A DNA stretch of 64,000 bases from an uncultured Candidatus Saccharibacteria bacterium (GCA_964515375.1 CAZERF010000001.1:115243-179242), one strand, 5' to 3'; shown: positions 29,509 through 39,846, counted from the stretch's first letter. The notes: generated by a model from the sequence alone, not told the origin. A program made the numbers and translations.

Positions 29509-30859
29509 GGAAGAGTAGGAGCGCGCTGTCGATACGTGCAATGGTCTCCCCTTTTCCCAGTATCGCGGCGAGCTGGAACGGGTCAGGTGAGCGTTCCTTT
29601 CCCGAAAGAGCGAAGCGAAGCGGCCAAAGGACTGCACCCCTCCCCTTTTCTTCTGCGTAGGCCCAGAGGGCATTTTTGAGCTCTTGAGGGGTATATGCTT
29701 GCTCGGAAAGGTCGAGTAGGATGGCACGAACATGAGCGAGTCGTTCTTTGAGGGCTTGCTCGTCCTGGTCTTCTTTCCAGAAGAGTGCCTCCTTGGGGAA
29801 AAGTGGTCGTGTGGTGTAAAAGGAGAGGTCGCCCGCTTCGAACATCGCGCGTACTTCACCGAAGTGATTGATCCGCTCAAGTATGACCGGAGCAACGCGG
29901 CGGAAGAGATCGTCCGAGAAACCGGGAGAGTTCACAAAAGATTCCGGAAGCGCTTTTCGCAACAAGGAGAGTTGCTCCTCCCCCGATAGTTGCTTGATGT
30001 GCTCGCGGTTGACCCATTCGAGTTTTTCTGACTTGAAGATCGCTCCGGGTTTCTGCATGCGTTCGAGCGAGAACTCGCGGATGAGTTCGTCGATCGTAAA
30101 TATCTCTTGTGTCGTCCCCGGATTCCATCCGAGGAGGGCCATGAAATTGAGGAGCGCTGCGGGTAGGTATCCCTCATCGCGATACTCGAGCGTGGGGCGA
30201 ACGGTCGGGTCGCGCTTGGAAAGTTTGGCGCGCTCTTCATTCAGGATAACCGAAGCGTGTGCGTAAACGGGTCGCGGCGCTCCGATCGCTTCCTGGATAA
30301 GTATCTGTCGTGGCGTGTTGGAGACATGCTCTTGTCCCCGAATTACATGAGTCACACCCATCTCGAAGTCATCGACGACAACAGTGAAATGATAGATAGG
30401 GCTTTCGAGGTCGCGTGCGATCACAAAGTCGCCAAGTTCTGTCGTGTCGAAGGAGATATCACCAAGTACCTCGTCGTGAAAGGTTACGCGTGTATTCGGA
30501 TTGCGAAAACGGATCACCTCCGCGCGATCTCCTTCTTTCTTTTGTTCTTCCTTGGAGATGTACACCTTGTCTTCCGCGATCAGGCGTTCAAGATAGCGTT
30601 TGTAGATATCCGTTCGTTCGGATTGTCGGTAGAACTGATCGTACTCGAGTCCGAGCCACGCGAAGACCTCAATAAAGTAGTCTTCAAACTCTTTCTTTGA
30701 GCGAACGGGATCGGTATCTTCGCTGCGCAAAATGAATGTCCCTCCGTGTTTTCGGGCGAAGAGATAGTTGTAGAGCGCGGAGCGAATACCTCCAACGTGA
30801 AATCGCCCGGTTGGACTTGGGGCAAATCGTGTAACAACAGTTCGGGATGGTTCAGTCAT
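29495..30859 (-). CDS. gltX: Glutamate--tRNA ligase
   Basis: RFAPSPTG..HVGG, VIRGQEH, KLSKR. Confidence 0.97.
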   Translation of the reverse strand: MTEPSRTVVTRFAPSPTGRFHVGGIRSALYNYLFARKHGGTFILRSEDTDPVRSKKEFEDYFIEVFAWLGLEYDQFYRQSERTDIYKRYLERLIAEDKVYISKEEQKKEGDRAEVIRFRNPNTRVTFHDEVLGDISFDTTELGDFVIARDLESPIYHFTVVVDDFEMGVTHVIRGQEHVSNTPRQILIQEAIGAPRPVYAHASVILNEERAKLSKRDPTVRPTLEYRDEGYLPAALLNFMALLGWNPGTTQEIFTIDELIREFSLERMQKPGAIFKSEKLEWVNREHIKQLSGEEQLSLLRKALPESFVNSPGFSDDLFRRVAPVILERINHFGEVRAMFEAGDLSFYTTRPLFPKEALFWKEDQDEQALKERLAHVRAILLDLSEQAYTPQELKNALWAYAEEKGRGAVLWPLRFALSGKERSPDPFQLAAILGKGETIARIDSALLLFHETP

Positions 30860-31979
30860 GATGAGTAACAATGGCAAGTAATGCCGCAGCGATCTTTTCG
30901 GCGGCGTCGGTTTTGGTGAACGCGCGAGCGCTCTCCTCCATTTCGTGAAGTTTTTGCTCGTTGGTCAGAATAGAGGTGATCACGGAGAAGAGTAAAGAGG
31001 GCTTGAGGTTCTGCTCCTCGATGACCATCGTTGCGCCAGTGCGCGCATAGCTGTATGCATTCTTGCTTTGATGATCATTCCGGGCGATGGCAAGGGGAAT
31101 AAGAATCGACGCCTTCCCCCAGAGTGCGATTTCGAATATTGTCGAACCTGCTCGAGAAATGACCAACGTTGTTCCTTTTGCTGCTACGCGGAGACTTTTT
31201 GCATCCAAAAAGCCGTACGGGCGATAACGCTCAGGATGGTCGTGCCCCGCAAGTACTCCCGCGGCTCGTTTTCTCATCCAGAGGAGATTTGCTTCCCCTG
31301 TTTGGTGGATCACCTGGTATTGCTCAAGGAGTTGAGGAAGAATATCGATGATGTTCTCGTTGATCTTTTCCGCACCCTGCGAACCGCCAAGCACAAGAAT
31401 GGTCGGGATCCCCTGTTCAAGCTTGAAGAATTCCATAGGGTCATCGTCGGGGACTTCAAGAAGCGCCTTGCGTACAGGTTGCCCTGTGTAGGCGACACGG
31501 TCTTTGTGCTTGAACTGCTCCACCGCTTCTGGATACGAGATCGCGATCTTTTCGGCATAATCGGCAATGTAGCGATTCACGCGACCCGGGACGATATCGG
31601 ATTCATGGATGACAACCGGAATGCGTAGTAGTCGCGCCGCAAAGAGTGCGGGAAAGCTTGCATACCCACCTTTCCCAAAAACGACATCGGGGTAGATCAG
31701 GAACATTTTCCACGTCGCAACAATGCAGGCACCAAAGGTTTTGAAGAGATCAAGAAAGTTTTGAAAAGAGGAATAGGTGCGACGCTTTCCTGTGCGCACT
31801 TCGATATATTTAATATCAAGGTGTTCCAAAAGGGCAGGTTCGATCGGTTTGTCGGACATAAAAAAGAGTTTGACTCCGACAAGATGTTTTTCGTCGGCGA
31901 TGCGCTGGAGCGCCTCGATCACCGCAATGATCGGGTAGAAATGCCCTCCTGTTCCTCCTCCTGCAAATAAGATCTTCAT
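30852..31979 (-). CDS. murG: MurG glycosyltransferase
   Basis: GGGTGGH..P, GGYASFP, HESD, GGSQGA, SRAG, HQ..NA. Confidence 0.97.
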   Translation of the reverse strand: MKILFAGGGTGGHFYPIIAVIEALQRIADEKHLVGVKLFFMSDKPIEPALLEHLDIKYIEVRTGKRRTYSSFQNFLDLFKTFGACIVATWKMFLIYPDVVFGKGGYASFPALFAARLLRIPVVIHESDIVPGRVNRYIADYAEKIAISYPEAVEQFKHKDRVAYTGQPVRKALLEVPDDDPMEFFKLEQGIPTILVLGGSQGAEKINENIIDILPQLLEQYQVIHQTGEANLLWMRKRAAGVLAGHDHPERYRPYGFLDAKSLRVAAKGTTLVISRAGSTIFEIALWGKASILIPLAIARNDHQSKNAYSYARTGATMVIEEQNLKPSLLFSVITSILTNEQKLHEMEESARAFTKTDAAEKIAAALLAIVTHHD

Positions 31980-33073
31980 ACGCGTCGATAACGTGAAATA
32001 TTAAGCAATATGCCGACTTCAACCATTGCGATCAAAAGGGCCGTCCCTCCTTGACTGACAAAGATGAGCGGGATACCCGTGAGTGGCGCAAGGGCAAGCA
32101 TTGCACCGATATTGGTGAATGATTGCGACACGATCAGTATAACAAGACCGACCGCAAAGAGTCCACTGAAGCGGTCGGGGGCGCGTGATGCGATCCAGAG
32201 CCCCCGTAATCCGAATAATAGGTAAAGAAGTACGAGAATGGAAGCCCCCACAAAGCCCAGCTCTTCTGATGCGACCGCAAAGACAGAATCACCGTGTGCT
32301 TCCGGAAGATAATTAAATTTTTGAACACTTTGACCCAATCCTTGACCGAACAACCCTCCTGCCCCGATCGCGATCAATGATTGGTGAACCTGATATCCTG
32401 AACCTTGAAGGTCGTCATGCTCGAAAAAGGTCGTGATGCGGTCCATAACGTAAGGTCGCGCAAAGGCGAGTCCCGCAATAAGCCCGACAGCAAGAAGGAA
32501 GAGTAGTGCAAGTTCGCGCACCTTCGCCCCTGCGGCGATATACATCGCGGTTCCACCCGCCGCTGCAATGATGAATGTCCCCGTGTCGGGTTGGGAAAGA
32601 AGCAGTGCTCCGGCGACGCCAAACATCCCCATGAGTGGATAGAAGCCAAAATATGGAGAATTGATGCGTTTCTTTATGAACGTGAACCATGTTGCAAGAT
32701 AAAGAATGATCCCGAATTTAAGGAATTCTCCCGGCTGGAAGGTTGTGATCCCGAGGTCGAGCCAGCGTCGTGCTCCACCGTGCTCCATTCCGATACCGGG
32801 AACAAAGACAAGGGCCGAGCAAATGATAGAGGCGATAAGTATCCAAAAGGCAAAGCGACGCCAAAAAATGTATTTTATCCGAGAAGCAACGAACATCCCT
32901 ATTCCACCCAAGAAGAGCCCAAAACCGATCTGTCCAACCAGAAGACTTGTGAACTTCTCTTCATCGTTGGCAAGTGTGCCGAGTGCGGCGGACACAAAAA
33001 TAAGAAAACCAAGCCCCAACAAGGAGAGGACAATGGAAAGGAATATCTTATCGACGCCGCGTGATGGTGACAT
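31976..33073 (-). CDS. ftsW: SEDS peptidoglycan glycosyltransferase FtsW
   Basis: GARRW, FQPGEF.K, QPDTGT, YLPEAHGD, EELG, P.TG.PL..S.GG; lies between mraY and murG; true start ATG 33073. Confidence 0.93.
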   Translation of the reverse strand: MSPSRGVDKIFLSIVLSLLGLGFLIFVSAALGTLANDEEKFTSLLVGQIGFGLFLGGIGMFVASRIKYIFWRRFAFWILIASIICSALVFVPGIGMEHGGARRWLDLGITTFQPGEFLKFGIILYLATWFTFIKKRINSPYFGFYPLMGMFGVAGALLLSQPDTGTFIIAAAGGTAMYIAAGAKVRELALLFLLAVGLIAGLAFARPYVMDRITTFFEHDDLQGSGYQVHQSLIAIGAGGLFGQGLGQSVQKFNYLPEAHGDSVFAVASEELGFVGASILVLLYLLFGLRGLWIASRAPDRFSGLFAVGLVILIVSQSFTNIGAMLALAPLTGIPLIFVSQGGTALLIAMVEVGILLNISRYRRV

Positions 33074-33129
33074 AATCCCTATTATACCCCATCGAACACG
33101 CATTCTTTGTCCACAGTGCGTGTTGAGAT

Positions 33130-34185
33130 TCAGCCGATAAGCGCGACAATGACCCCGAGTACGGCGAGGATCATGCTGAGCACCCAATACCGCATGGTCA
33201 CCTTTGCTGCGGACCAGCCGATGGCTTGAAAATGGTTGTGGAGCGGAGCAACAACAAAGACCTTCTTCCCTCCTCTGAATCGTTTGGAGAGGATCTGGAT
33301 GATACTTGAAGCGCTTGTCGCGATGAGCAGGAAAGCAATGATAAGGAGCGGTACGACTGCTTTTGACAAGAAGGCCACCACAACGATCGACGTGGTCAAT
33401 GCCATTGTTCCCGTCTCTGAGTTGAAGAAACGCGCGGGAGGTATGTTGAACCAAAGGAATGCAAGGAGGCCACCCACGACGACGGAACAATATGCCGCAA
33501 GGTCGATCTGGCCGTTTGCATAGGCAATGATGGCATACGCGCTGTAAATCGTCGCGAAGACACCGCCAGAGAGCCCGTCGACTCCATCGATGATCCCACC
33601 CGAATAGATTCCGATAATGAAGAGAATGAATACGGGAACAAAAAAGAGTCCGAGCGTAAGGTCGCCGTAGAATGGGATATGAATGGAGGACATTTCCAAT
33701 TTGACGTAGAACCACCATGCTCCGAGCACGCCGAGCAGGAAGACAAAGAAGAGTCGTGTCGAGAGTGAAAGTCCCCCGCCCTTGTATGTTCCGCGGTCGC
33801 GACACACCAGATAATCATCGATGAGCCCACAGAGCGCTCCTGCGATCAGCGTGAAGAGTGGAAGCCGTGTTTGATTGCGCGAAAGAAAGTTCATTTTTTC
33901 AGCAGCGGGGTCGGAGGAAAATTCAGCAAGAATCCAGAAGAGAAATGTTGTGACGAGGACACTCCCCCAGACAACCATTCCACCCATGCGTGGGGTCTTT
34001 CGCTCTTCGTCGTTGTGGAGACGAGCAGAGATCGCCGCGACCTTTCCGTCGATCGTGTTCTGCACGCTTGTTTTTTTCCACATCTTGTTGCGATAGAGAA
34101 AGTTTGCAATGAACGGAGTCATTGCAATACCGACAAAGAATGCGGTCGCGGCGGGAAGAAGGATCTTGAGGACATCGATGGGCAT
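33130..34185 (-). CDS. mraY: Phospho-N-acetylmuramoyl-pentapeptide transferase
   Basis: KTPRMGG, GLIDD, DGVDGL, FLWFN.PPA, APLHNHF; dcw context. Confidence 0.92.
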   Translation of the reverse strand: MPIDVLKILLPAATAFFVGIAMTPFIANFLYRNKMWKKTSVQNTIDGKVAAISARLHNDEERKTPRMGGMVVWGSVLVTTFLFWILAEFSSDPAAEKMNFLSRNQTRLPLFTLIAGALCGLIDDYLVCRDRGTYKGGGLSLSTRLFFVFLLGVLGAWWFYVKLEMSSIHIPFYGDLTLGLFFVPVFILFIIGIYSGGIIDGVDGLSGGVFATIYSAYAIIAYANGQIDLAAYCSVVVGGLLAFLWFNIPPARFFNSETGTMALTTSIVVVAFLSKAVVPLLIIAFLLIATSASSIIQILSKRFRGGKKVFVVAPLHNHFQAIGWSAAKVTMRYWVLSMILAVLGVIVALIG

Positions 34186-34197
34186 GATAGGGGGATG

Positions 34198-35241
34198 CTA
34201 TCTCGTAAAGGATCCTTCTTTTTCTCTTGTGATCGCATCGAGCGTTGCGGTAATAAGCGTATCGACATCATGGAAGCGACCGGTGCGAGATGAGCCGAGC
34301 ACGACGATGACCACAGGCCTCTTGAGCCCAATGTCGACAATGACCGCAAGGTTCCCTCCGGCAAGGTCGGTGTATCCGGTCTTTGAGCCAATGAGCCCTG
34401 AAACCGCGGCAACTCCTGAGTTGGTGTTGGCGACATGGTGAACAATGTTATCAGTCGAACGAAATTCCGCCTGAGGATATGCGGTCGCGGTGAAGAGTTC
34501 GGGGTGATGTCGGAAGATGTATTCGAAAAGCATCGCTACATCGCGCGCCGTTCCATATGCCCCACCGGTCACACTGTCGATATCAAGCCCGCTTTCATTC
34601 AGGAAATACGTATCGACAAGCCCTATCGCTTGAGCCTTTTCATTCATACGACGGATGAATTGCCGTTTGTTCTCAAATGCGTCAGACGTTGAGGCGGTGC
34701 GCACAAGCGCGATCTTTGCCCCCGCGACACTGGCGATCGCCGAAGCTGCATCGTTCGAAGAGGTGATGAGTGTGAAGTCAAGCAGGTCGGAAAATGACCA
34801 TCGTTCACCCGAGAAGAGTCCACTATCACCTTCTTGGGTCAGATCTTCCGGGGAAATGATAACAGTCTCACTTTTAGGAAGAACGTCGTTGGCAACGAGG
34901 GCCATCATCATTTTTGTCAGGGAGGCAAGCGGAAGCGGTGCGTGTTCGTTGTAAGAATAGAGCGTACGATGAGTAGCGATATCCCATACAAAAACACTTT
35001 TCGCTTCAAGTTGCAGCCCGTCATAAGGACCTGTCGGGGCAATCAAGACGGTCGTTGTTGCCGGTGCTTGTGTCTCCCCCGCCTGCGCGACTGAGGCCGA
35101 CTGTGTGGTCATGGACGGATCGCGCGTCTCGTCCTTGGTTGGAGTATTCGTCCCTTGTATCGCCTGCATGACATTTGGTCCAGCAAGAAAACCGACAATG
35201 AGAGCCAAGAGAAAAAGTTGTGTGTGTGTTGTTCCGGTCAT
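34198..35241 (-). CDS. D-alanyl-D-alanine carboxypeptidase (peptidase S11)
   Basis: ASLTK (SxxK), SSNDA (SxN), KTG. Confidence 0.93.
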   Translation of the reverse strand: MTGTTHTQLFLLALIVGFLAGPNVMQAIQGTNTPTKDETRDPSMTTQSASVAQAGETQAPATTTVLIAPTGPYDGLQLEAKSVFVWDIATHRTLYSYNEHAPLPLASLTKMMMALVANDVLPKSETVIISPEDLTQEGDSGLFSGERWSFSDLLDFTLITSSNDAASAIASVAGAKIALVRTASTSDAFENKRQFIRRMNEKAQAIGLVDTYFLNESGLDIDSVTGGAYGTARDVAMLFEYIFRHHPELFTATAYPQAEFRSTDNIVHHVANTNSGVAAVSGLIGSKTGYTDLAGGNLAVIVDIGLKRPVVIVVLGSSRTGRFHDVDTLITATLDAITREKEGSFTR

Positions 35242-35984
35242 GATGTTGCTCGGTCTTCTTCGGTGTGTTCGTCAAGTTCTTGATCAAGAAAGTTCTCTCC
35301 CGCAATGTCTTCTTCAGCAAGATCCGCGAGAAGCTCGTCGTGCTCAATATTCTCGTGGTCGCGCCCCGGTTCTTCTGTGGGGTATTCATTGTTCGTGATC
35401 TCCTCCCCTTCTTTAACGATCTCGGAAGGTTCGTTCTTCCCTTCTTCCTTTTGTGTGCTTAAGAATCCTTCAAGAGTATGCATCGTTTCTTCGTAAGCGG
35501 GGAGCTCTTCCACTTTTGTAACGCCCATGTATTCCAAAAGCGCGAAGGTCGGCTTGTAGAGAAAGCTGCGTTGATCGTTCGGGTTGTCGATCTTTTCAAC
35601 AAGTCCGCGGATGAGGAGGTTACGCAAGATGAAGGTGGAGTTCACTCCGCGAATGTGGTCGATCTCAGCGCGCGAGAGCGGGCCCTTGTAAAGCACGATC
35701 GAGAGTGTCTCAAGAGAGGCCTTTGAAAGTTCTTTAGAGAGCTCTTCTTTTGTTATTGCATCGATCAGGGAGCTCGCTTCGGGGGCAGTCGTGAGAACAA
35801 CCTCGTTTTTCATCCGCACGAGGCGGAGTCCGCTTGTTGAAAGTTGTGCTTCGAGGATCTCTACCGCTTTTACGATCTCCTCTTGAGAATGCTTGAGAAG
35901 ATGCGCGAGTCGCGCGAATGAGAGCGGTTCGGCTTGATAGAAAAGAATCGCCAAAATAGCGTTTTCGAGCGTGATATCGGACAT
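35238..35984 (-). CDS. scpB: SMC-Scp complex subunit ScpB
   Basis: LSKASLETLSIVLY..P.SRAEI..IRGVN; acidic tail. Confidence 0.96.
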   Translation of the reverse strand: MSDITLENAILAILFYQAEPLSFARLAHLLKHSQEEIVKAVEILEAQLSTSGLRLVRMKNEVVLTTAPEASSLIDAITKEELSKELSKASLETLSIVLYKGPLSRAEIDHIRGVNSTFILRNLLIRGLVEKIDNPNDQRSFLYKPTFALLEYMGVTKVEELPAYEETMHTLEGFLSTQKEEGKNEPSEIVKEGEEITNNEYPTEEPGRDHENIEHDELLADLAEEDIAGENFLDQELDEHTEEDRATS

Positions 35985-36052
35985 ATTGCCCTTAGTGTAG
36001 CGCAATAAGTGTCATTTTCCAAGCAAGAAACGGTCAATTCTTGGGGAAAAGC

Positions 36053-36832
36053 CTAACCGTAAGAGGGGGTACCAAACTGGTGTGTTTCAATGTCGATATC
36101 CCCAAAATCTTCATGCTGGGTGACAGAAACAACCCCCTGCTTGACGAGTTCAAGCATAGCGAGGAATGAAACAATGATCTCGACACGGTGCTCCTTGGGA
36201 ACAGCCTTCCCTTTTTCGTAGCGAGAGAATTGCGTGAAGGTCATGCGAAGTGTTTTGGTGACCCGCGAAGAAAGTCGTTCCATCATTTCTTCCAAGGAAA
36301 CAACCTTTTTTATTGTTGCCTTTGGAACTGTTGTCTTTTTGGGGAGTGCGTTGATCACATCGGTGATCGCCGCAAACGACTGCGCGGGGCTGAGACGTGC
36401 GTCTGGTGCGAATACGGGGCGCATTTCAGGTCTTCCGCTGCGCTCACGGAGGATTCGTTTGCCGTAGATCTTGCGGAGCTGTTCGCCGAGTGAGCGGAAT
36501 ATCTCAAAAAGCGCAAGGCGTTTCTTGAGATCATCAATATCGGTCTCTTCTTCTTTGGTGAGGTCAAGTTCGGGGAGTAGTGTCTTTGATTTAATGAGCA
36601 CGAGCGTCGAGGCGACGAGCAGGAAGTTCGCGACATCGTTCATTGGAAAGCGTTCAAATGTGCGAATGTGTGAGATATAATCGTCCGCAACGCGTGACAA
36701 AGAAAAATCACTGATGAAAAGTTTTCGCTTTTCGATCAGGGAAAGCAAAAGATCAAGCGGACCTTCGAATTGCTCCGTTTTGACATGATATCCTACTTTG
36801 TATTCGCCGATGACCGCATCCTCCGTTTCCAT
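36053..36832 (-). CDS. scpA: Segregation/condensation protein ScpA
   Basis: FEGPLDLLL.LI, IKSK.LLP, FLAMLEL.K.G, Q...FGDI. Confidence 0.96.
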   Translation of the reverse strand: METEDAVIGEYKVGYHVKTEQFEGPLDLLLSLIEKRKLFISDFSLSRVADDYISHIRTFERFPMNDVANFLLVASTLVLIKSKTLLPELDLTKEEETDIDDLKKRLALFEIFRSLGEQLRKIYGKRILRERSGRPEMRPVFAPDARLSPAQSFAAITDVINALPKKTTVPKATIKKVVSLEEMMERLSSRVTKTLRMTFTQFSRYEKGKAVPKEHRVEIIVSFLAMLELVKQGVVSVTQHEDFGDIDIETHQFGTPSYG

Positions 36833-36881
36833 ATTCTTTATTGTAGCAATTTTTGAGAACGGAATCACGGGGTATGCGGGA

Positions 36882-38273
36882 TCACTTGATGATCCGAATA
36901 CCGAGCTCGACGAGTTGCTCCGGTGAGAGTGTTGCGGGTGCCGCCATCATGAGGTCTTTTCCCTCCCCTGTTTTCGCAAACGCGATGACCTCGCGAATGT
37001 TCGGTTCGTTCTGAAGTATCGCCATGAGTCGATCGAGTCCCCATGCGATCCCTCCGTGTGGAGGAGCACCAAAGGAGAACGCCTCAAGCATGTGTCCGAA
37101 GTTTGCAGTGATCGCTTCGTCGGAATGCCCCATGATCCGAAGTACTTGTGCGAGGGCTTCAGGGACGTGGTTGCGAATGCTTCCGCCGCCGATCTCGAAT
37201 CCGTTGAGCGCGACATCGTACTGTGTCGTAAGGATTTCCCCGATATGTTCGCCTTTCATGAGCCATTCGATATGCTCGGGAACCGGTTGCGAGAAGGGGT
37301 TGTGTGTAAACGTCCACCCTCCGTTGTCGGCACGTTCAAAGAACGGAAAATCGACGACCCAGCAGAATGCGAGGAGATCGGGATCGTTCTTGTCCTTGCG
37401 GATATCCGGCTTGTCGTTTCCATATTGTTCCATCGCCTCTTTGTAAGTCATGCGTGGAAACGGGATCTCCTGGATCTTTTTGTGTGGCGCGATTGTACGT
37501 ACAAGCTCGATAAGGAGACGCTCATTGAGCTCCATCACATCTTCTCGCTTCACAAAGCTCATCTCCATATCGAGTTGTGTAAACTCCGGTTGACGATCTC
37601 CGCGTGTGTCTTCGTCGCGCATACAGCGAGCAAACTGGAAGTAGCGCTCAAAGCCCGCGACCATCAACAGTTGCTTGTACTGTTGCGGTGATTGGGGAAG
37701 AGCGTAGAATTTTCCTTGTTCGAGACGGGAGGGCACAACATAGTCTCGAGATCCTTCCGGAGTGGACTTGGAAAGGAGTGGCGTCTCGATCTCGATAAAT
37801 TTCTCGCGAGAGAGGAAGTTCCGAATGAAGAGTTCGACCTCGTGTCGCGTGCGAATATTCTTTTGTAGTCGGGGACGTCGAAGATCGAGGTAGCGATATT
37901 TCAAACGAACATCCTCGCTGATGTCTCTTCCGTCCGAGCGCACGTCAAAGGGTACTGTTTCCGCCTTGTTCAACACTGTGATCTCAAGGATCTCGATCTC
38001 GAGCATCCCGTTCTGTTCTTCCTGCTTGATCATCTTTTCGGGGCGAGGGTTGACCTTGCCGCGCACTTCAATGACCCATTCAGTGCGCAGTGTGTCTGCG
38101 ACATCGTGCGCCGCGGTATTGTGCGGAAGTGCTACCATCTGCACCATTCCGGACATGTCACGCATGTCGACGAAAATGAGTTTTCCATGATCGCGTCGTG
38201 TGTCGACCCATCCTCGCAAGCAAACCTCTCCCCCGATCTTTTCTTTGAGTGAACCGATATATGTGCGTTCCAT
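36882..38273 (-). CDS. aspS: Aspartate--tRNA ligase (short form without GAD domain)
   Basis: RLKYRYLDLRR, PQSPQ.YKQ, RDED..DRQPEFTQ, GGGSIR, PPHGG.A.GLDR. Confidence 0.97.
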   Translation of the reverse strand: MERTYIGSLKEKIGGEVCLRGWVDTRRDHGKLIFVDMRDMSGMVQMVALPHNTAAHDVADTLRTEWVIEVRGKVNPRPEKMIKQEEQNGMLEIEILEITVLNKAETVPFDVRSDGRDISEDVRLKYRYLDLRRPRLQKNIRTRHEVELFIRNFLSREKFIEIETPLLSKSTPEGSRDYVVPSRLEQGKFYALPQSPQQYKQLLMVAGFERYFQFARCMRDEDTRGDRQPEFTQLDMEMSFVKREDVMELNERLLIELVRTIAPHKKIQEIPFPRMTYKEAMEQYGNDKPDIRKDKNDPDLLAFCWVVDFPFFERADNGGWTFTHNPFSQPVPEHIEWLMKGEHIGEILTTQYDVALNGFEIGGGSIRNHVPEALAQVLRIMGHSDEAITANFGHMLEAFSFGAPPHGGIAWGLDRLMAILQNEPNIREVIAFAKTGEGKDLMMAAPATLSPEQLVELGIRIIK

Positions 38274-38286
38274 ATCATTGATACGA

Positions 38287-39300
38287 TTAAGCGAAATAAT
38301 TGATCTTCATGCGCGTGCGGACATCATCAAGGGTTTCCTTCGCGACGTCACGTGCGGCTCTTGTCCCTTCTTCGAGTATGTCCATCACATGTTTGGGATT
38401 CCTTGCGTATTCTTCTCGCCGCTCGCGAATTGGTGCAAGGGATTCATTGAGAATATTCACAAGGCGCTTCTTTAGTTCTACGTCACCGATCCCTCCTTGT
38501 CGATATCCTTGTTTGAGCTCGAGAAGTCCACGGGGGTCAGGGTCAAAAACATCAAGATAGGTGAACACAACATTCCCTTCGACCCGCCCGGGGTCGCTTG
38601 CATGAATATGTTTCGGATCGGTATACATCTGCATGACCTTTTTCTCAGTGTCCTTGGGAGAATCGGCAAGAAATATTGCATTGTTGAGAGATTTGGACAT
38701 TTTTGCCTTTCCGTCAATGCCGGGCATGCGACCGTTCTTTGGCACAAGCGGATGGACTTTGGAAAAGGTTTTTCCGTACAAGCGATTGAAGGAGTCGAGG
38801 ATCTCGTTGGTCTGTTCGAGGACGGGAAGTTGATCCTCTCCCACGGGAACAACCGTTGCCTTGAAGGTAAGGATGTCCGCCGCTTGAGAAACGGGGTACG
38901 CAAGAAAACCGACGGGAAGATGTTCCCCGAATCCCTTTTGTTTGATCTCGGTTTTTACGGTCGGGTTTTGCTTGAGTCGGGCAAGCGTGACAAGGTTGAG
39001 AAAAAATATTGTCAGTTCTGCGATCTCGGGTACTTGTGATTGGATGAAAAAAATGGAACGTTTCGGGTCAAGGCCGCAGGCCAAATTGTCGAGTGCGACC
39101 TCCAAGACTGAACCACGAACCTTCTCGGGGTTGTCCGCGTTGTCGGTGAGTGCTTGCACGTCCGCGATCATGTAAAAAAGTTCCGATCCTTCGTTTTGGA
39201 GCGCGATCCTGTTCTCGATCGAACCGACAAAATGTCCGAGATGAAGCTTCCCGGTCGGTCGGTCGCCCGTTAACACCCTCCCCTCCGTCTTTTTTGTCAT
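38287..39300 (-). CDS. trpS: Tryptophan--tRNA ligase
   Basis: TGDRPTGKLHLGH, YPVSQAADI, VPVGEDQ, KMSKS. Confidence 0.98.
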   Translation of the reverse strand: MTKKTEGRVLTGDRPTGKLHLGHFVGSIENRIALQNEGSELFYMIADVQALTDNADNPEKVRGSVLEVALDNLACGLDPKRSIFFIQSQVPEIAELTIFFLNLVTLARLKQNPTVKTEIKQKGFGEHLPVGFLAYPVSQAADILTFKATVVPVGEDQLPVLEQTNEILDSFNRLYGKTFSKVHPLVPKNGRMPGIDGKAKMSKSLNNAIFLADSPKDTEKKVMQMYTDPKHIHASDPGRVEGNVVFTYLDVFDPDPRGLLELKQGYRQGGIGDVELKKRLVNILNESLAPIRERREEYARNPKHVMDILEEGTRAARDVAKETLDDVRTRMKINYFA

Positions 39301-39366
39301 AATCGGCATTCTAGCAGAAAGTGCGCTCCTTTGGTAGTTCATACTCCCCCTTCTCCGGAGGATGGG

Positions 39367-39846
39367 CTAAAATTCATTTTTCCCCGTCCCTTTTTCTCCG
39401 ATCTCGATCATGATGACGCGATAGCCGATCCATGCGTCATATGCCGCAAAGAGTGCACCAACCAGGATCGCCAACATTCCCGCAAGGAAAAAGATGAGCG
39501 ACGAAATGGTTACCGCTGGGGAGGGAAACCAATGCTGTATCCCGATCCCAAAAGAGGTCAAAATAAAGCACCCCACGGCACTTGAATAGCCAATGACCGC
39601 GTTGCGCACAAATCCGACCCTAATGCGTAGTTCATGAAGTTGTCGGTCTACGTTTCCAATACGTGAGTTGTTGATACGTTCCCCATTCTTCTCTTTTTCC
39701 GATGCGATACGCTTTTCTGCGGCAAAGGCACGCATCCGATCAATGATGAGTGAATACTTGTTGTTCATACTGAGTAAAAGCAGTCCGCACGCGGAGATCA
39801 TGACCGCAGGGGCCAGCATTGTTTGGATCACATTTGCAGTTATCAT
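39367..39846 (-). CDS. DUF2721-like membrane protein
   Basis: IQ..LAPAVMISACGLLLL..NN+Y..IIDR.R pattern, three TMs. Confidence 0.8.
   Translation of the reverse strand: MITANVIQTMLAPAVMISACGLLLLSMNNKYSLIIDRMRAFAAEKRIASEKEKNGERINNSRIGNVDRQLHELRIRVGFVRNAVIGYSSAVGCFILTSFGIGIQHWFPSPAVTISSLIFFLAGMLAILVGALFAAYDAWIGYRVIMIEIGEKGTGKNEF

Noticed and set aside
29509-29895. N-terminal extension of the M23 peptidase ORF
   Set aside because: It overlaps gltX out of frame; the signal-like segment begins at ATG 29508.
33074-33805. ORF track shows a 609-aa FtsW with a long N-terminal extension
   Set aside because: The extension overlaps mraY in another frame and has no protein-like composition; a TATAAT box 7 nt before ATG 33073 supports the shorter start.
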